Shown piece by piece: positions 63,751 to 64,000 of a stretch of 64,000 nt of DNA (the stretch's first letter is position 1; each line of letters starts with the position of its first letter). The DNA lies in NCBI GenBank assembly GCA_021613535.1, contig CP075496.1, positions 310,001-374,000 of the forward strand, written 5' to 3'. A model generated the notes under the pieces. It did not search any database, was not told where the DNA came from, and saw only the letters and a program-made list of their open reading frames with translations. A program made the position numbers and the translations under genes. This DNA is from Adineta vaga (Eukaryota > Animalia > Rotifera).

Positions 63751-64000
63751 CATTTTTTCAAATAATGTATTATTACTTTGATATTGTTGTTTATTTACTT
63801 ATTATTTCATGTTATGGCTTGACAAAATAAAACAAGTAACGCTCATCCTTTGGATTCGCCGACCCTATTCTGAAAGAATGATAAGAGCGCCCATTAAAGC
63901 CCTCAAGCTGGGCCTAGACTTGACCGGATCCCGGTCCAAGCAAACTTTTTACATAAAAGCTTTTCAAAAGTGCTCTTCATCTTTTCACCATTTCAAAGTA

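Noticed and set aside
1-64000. Bacterial contig or contamination
   Set aside because: Consistent spliceosomal introns, GPCRs and eukaryotic TEs surround the bacterial-type genes
1-64000. tRNA or rRNA genes
   Set aside because: None recognisable by eye; tRNAscan-SE or Infernal would be needed to exclude them

Overview
AT-rich eukaryotic genomic DNA with short (~45-65 bp) GT-AG introns. The gene families (ART-TPR proteins, FG-GAP membrane proteins, intronless GPCRs, bacterial-type genes) and TGTGGG-type repeats point to a bdelloid rotifer accessory or subtelomeric-like region; this taxonomic call is an inference. The ORF track fragments most genes, so I spliced them by hand. Main contents: (1) a 12-exon gene encoding three tandem TM-Cys-rich loop-TM modules (DEG/ENaC-like topology) plus a TM-anchored FG-GAP propeller; (2) three different ADP-ribosyltransferase genes: a type II membrane receptor-like ART-TM-FG-GAP protein, a REC-like/ART/TPR/class II nucleotidyltransferase/truncated-PARP fusion, and a PBZ-like finger-ART; (3) secreted toxin- or defence-like genes (sphingomyelinase D-like, Vps62/NPP1-like, and a Cys-peptide + CBM19-like precursor); (4) probable horizontally acquired genes (proline iminopeptidase with an intron, YkvA/DUF1232); (5) a decayed mariner, and a full-length LINE with a 16-bp TSD carrying an intact MULE transposon in its 3' UTR; (6) an inverted duplication of a GPCR gene; (7) about 17 dispersed short hairpins or half-sites with telomere-like arms (TTGAGGGTGTGGGTG...CACCCACACCCTCAA), mostly between genes and at gene-fragment breakpoints. 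All family assignments come from motif recognition, not database searches.
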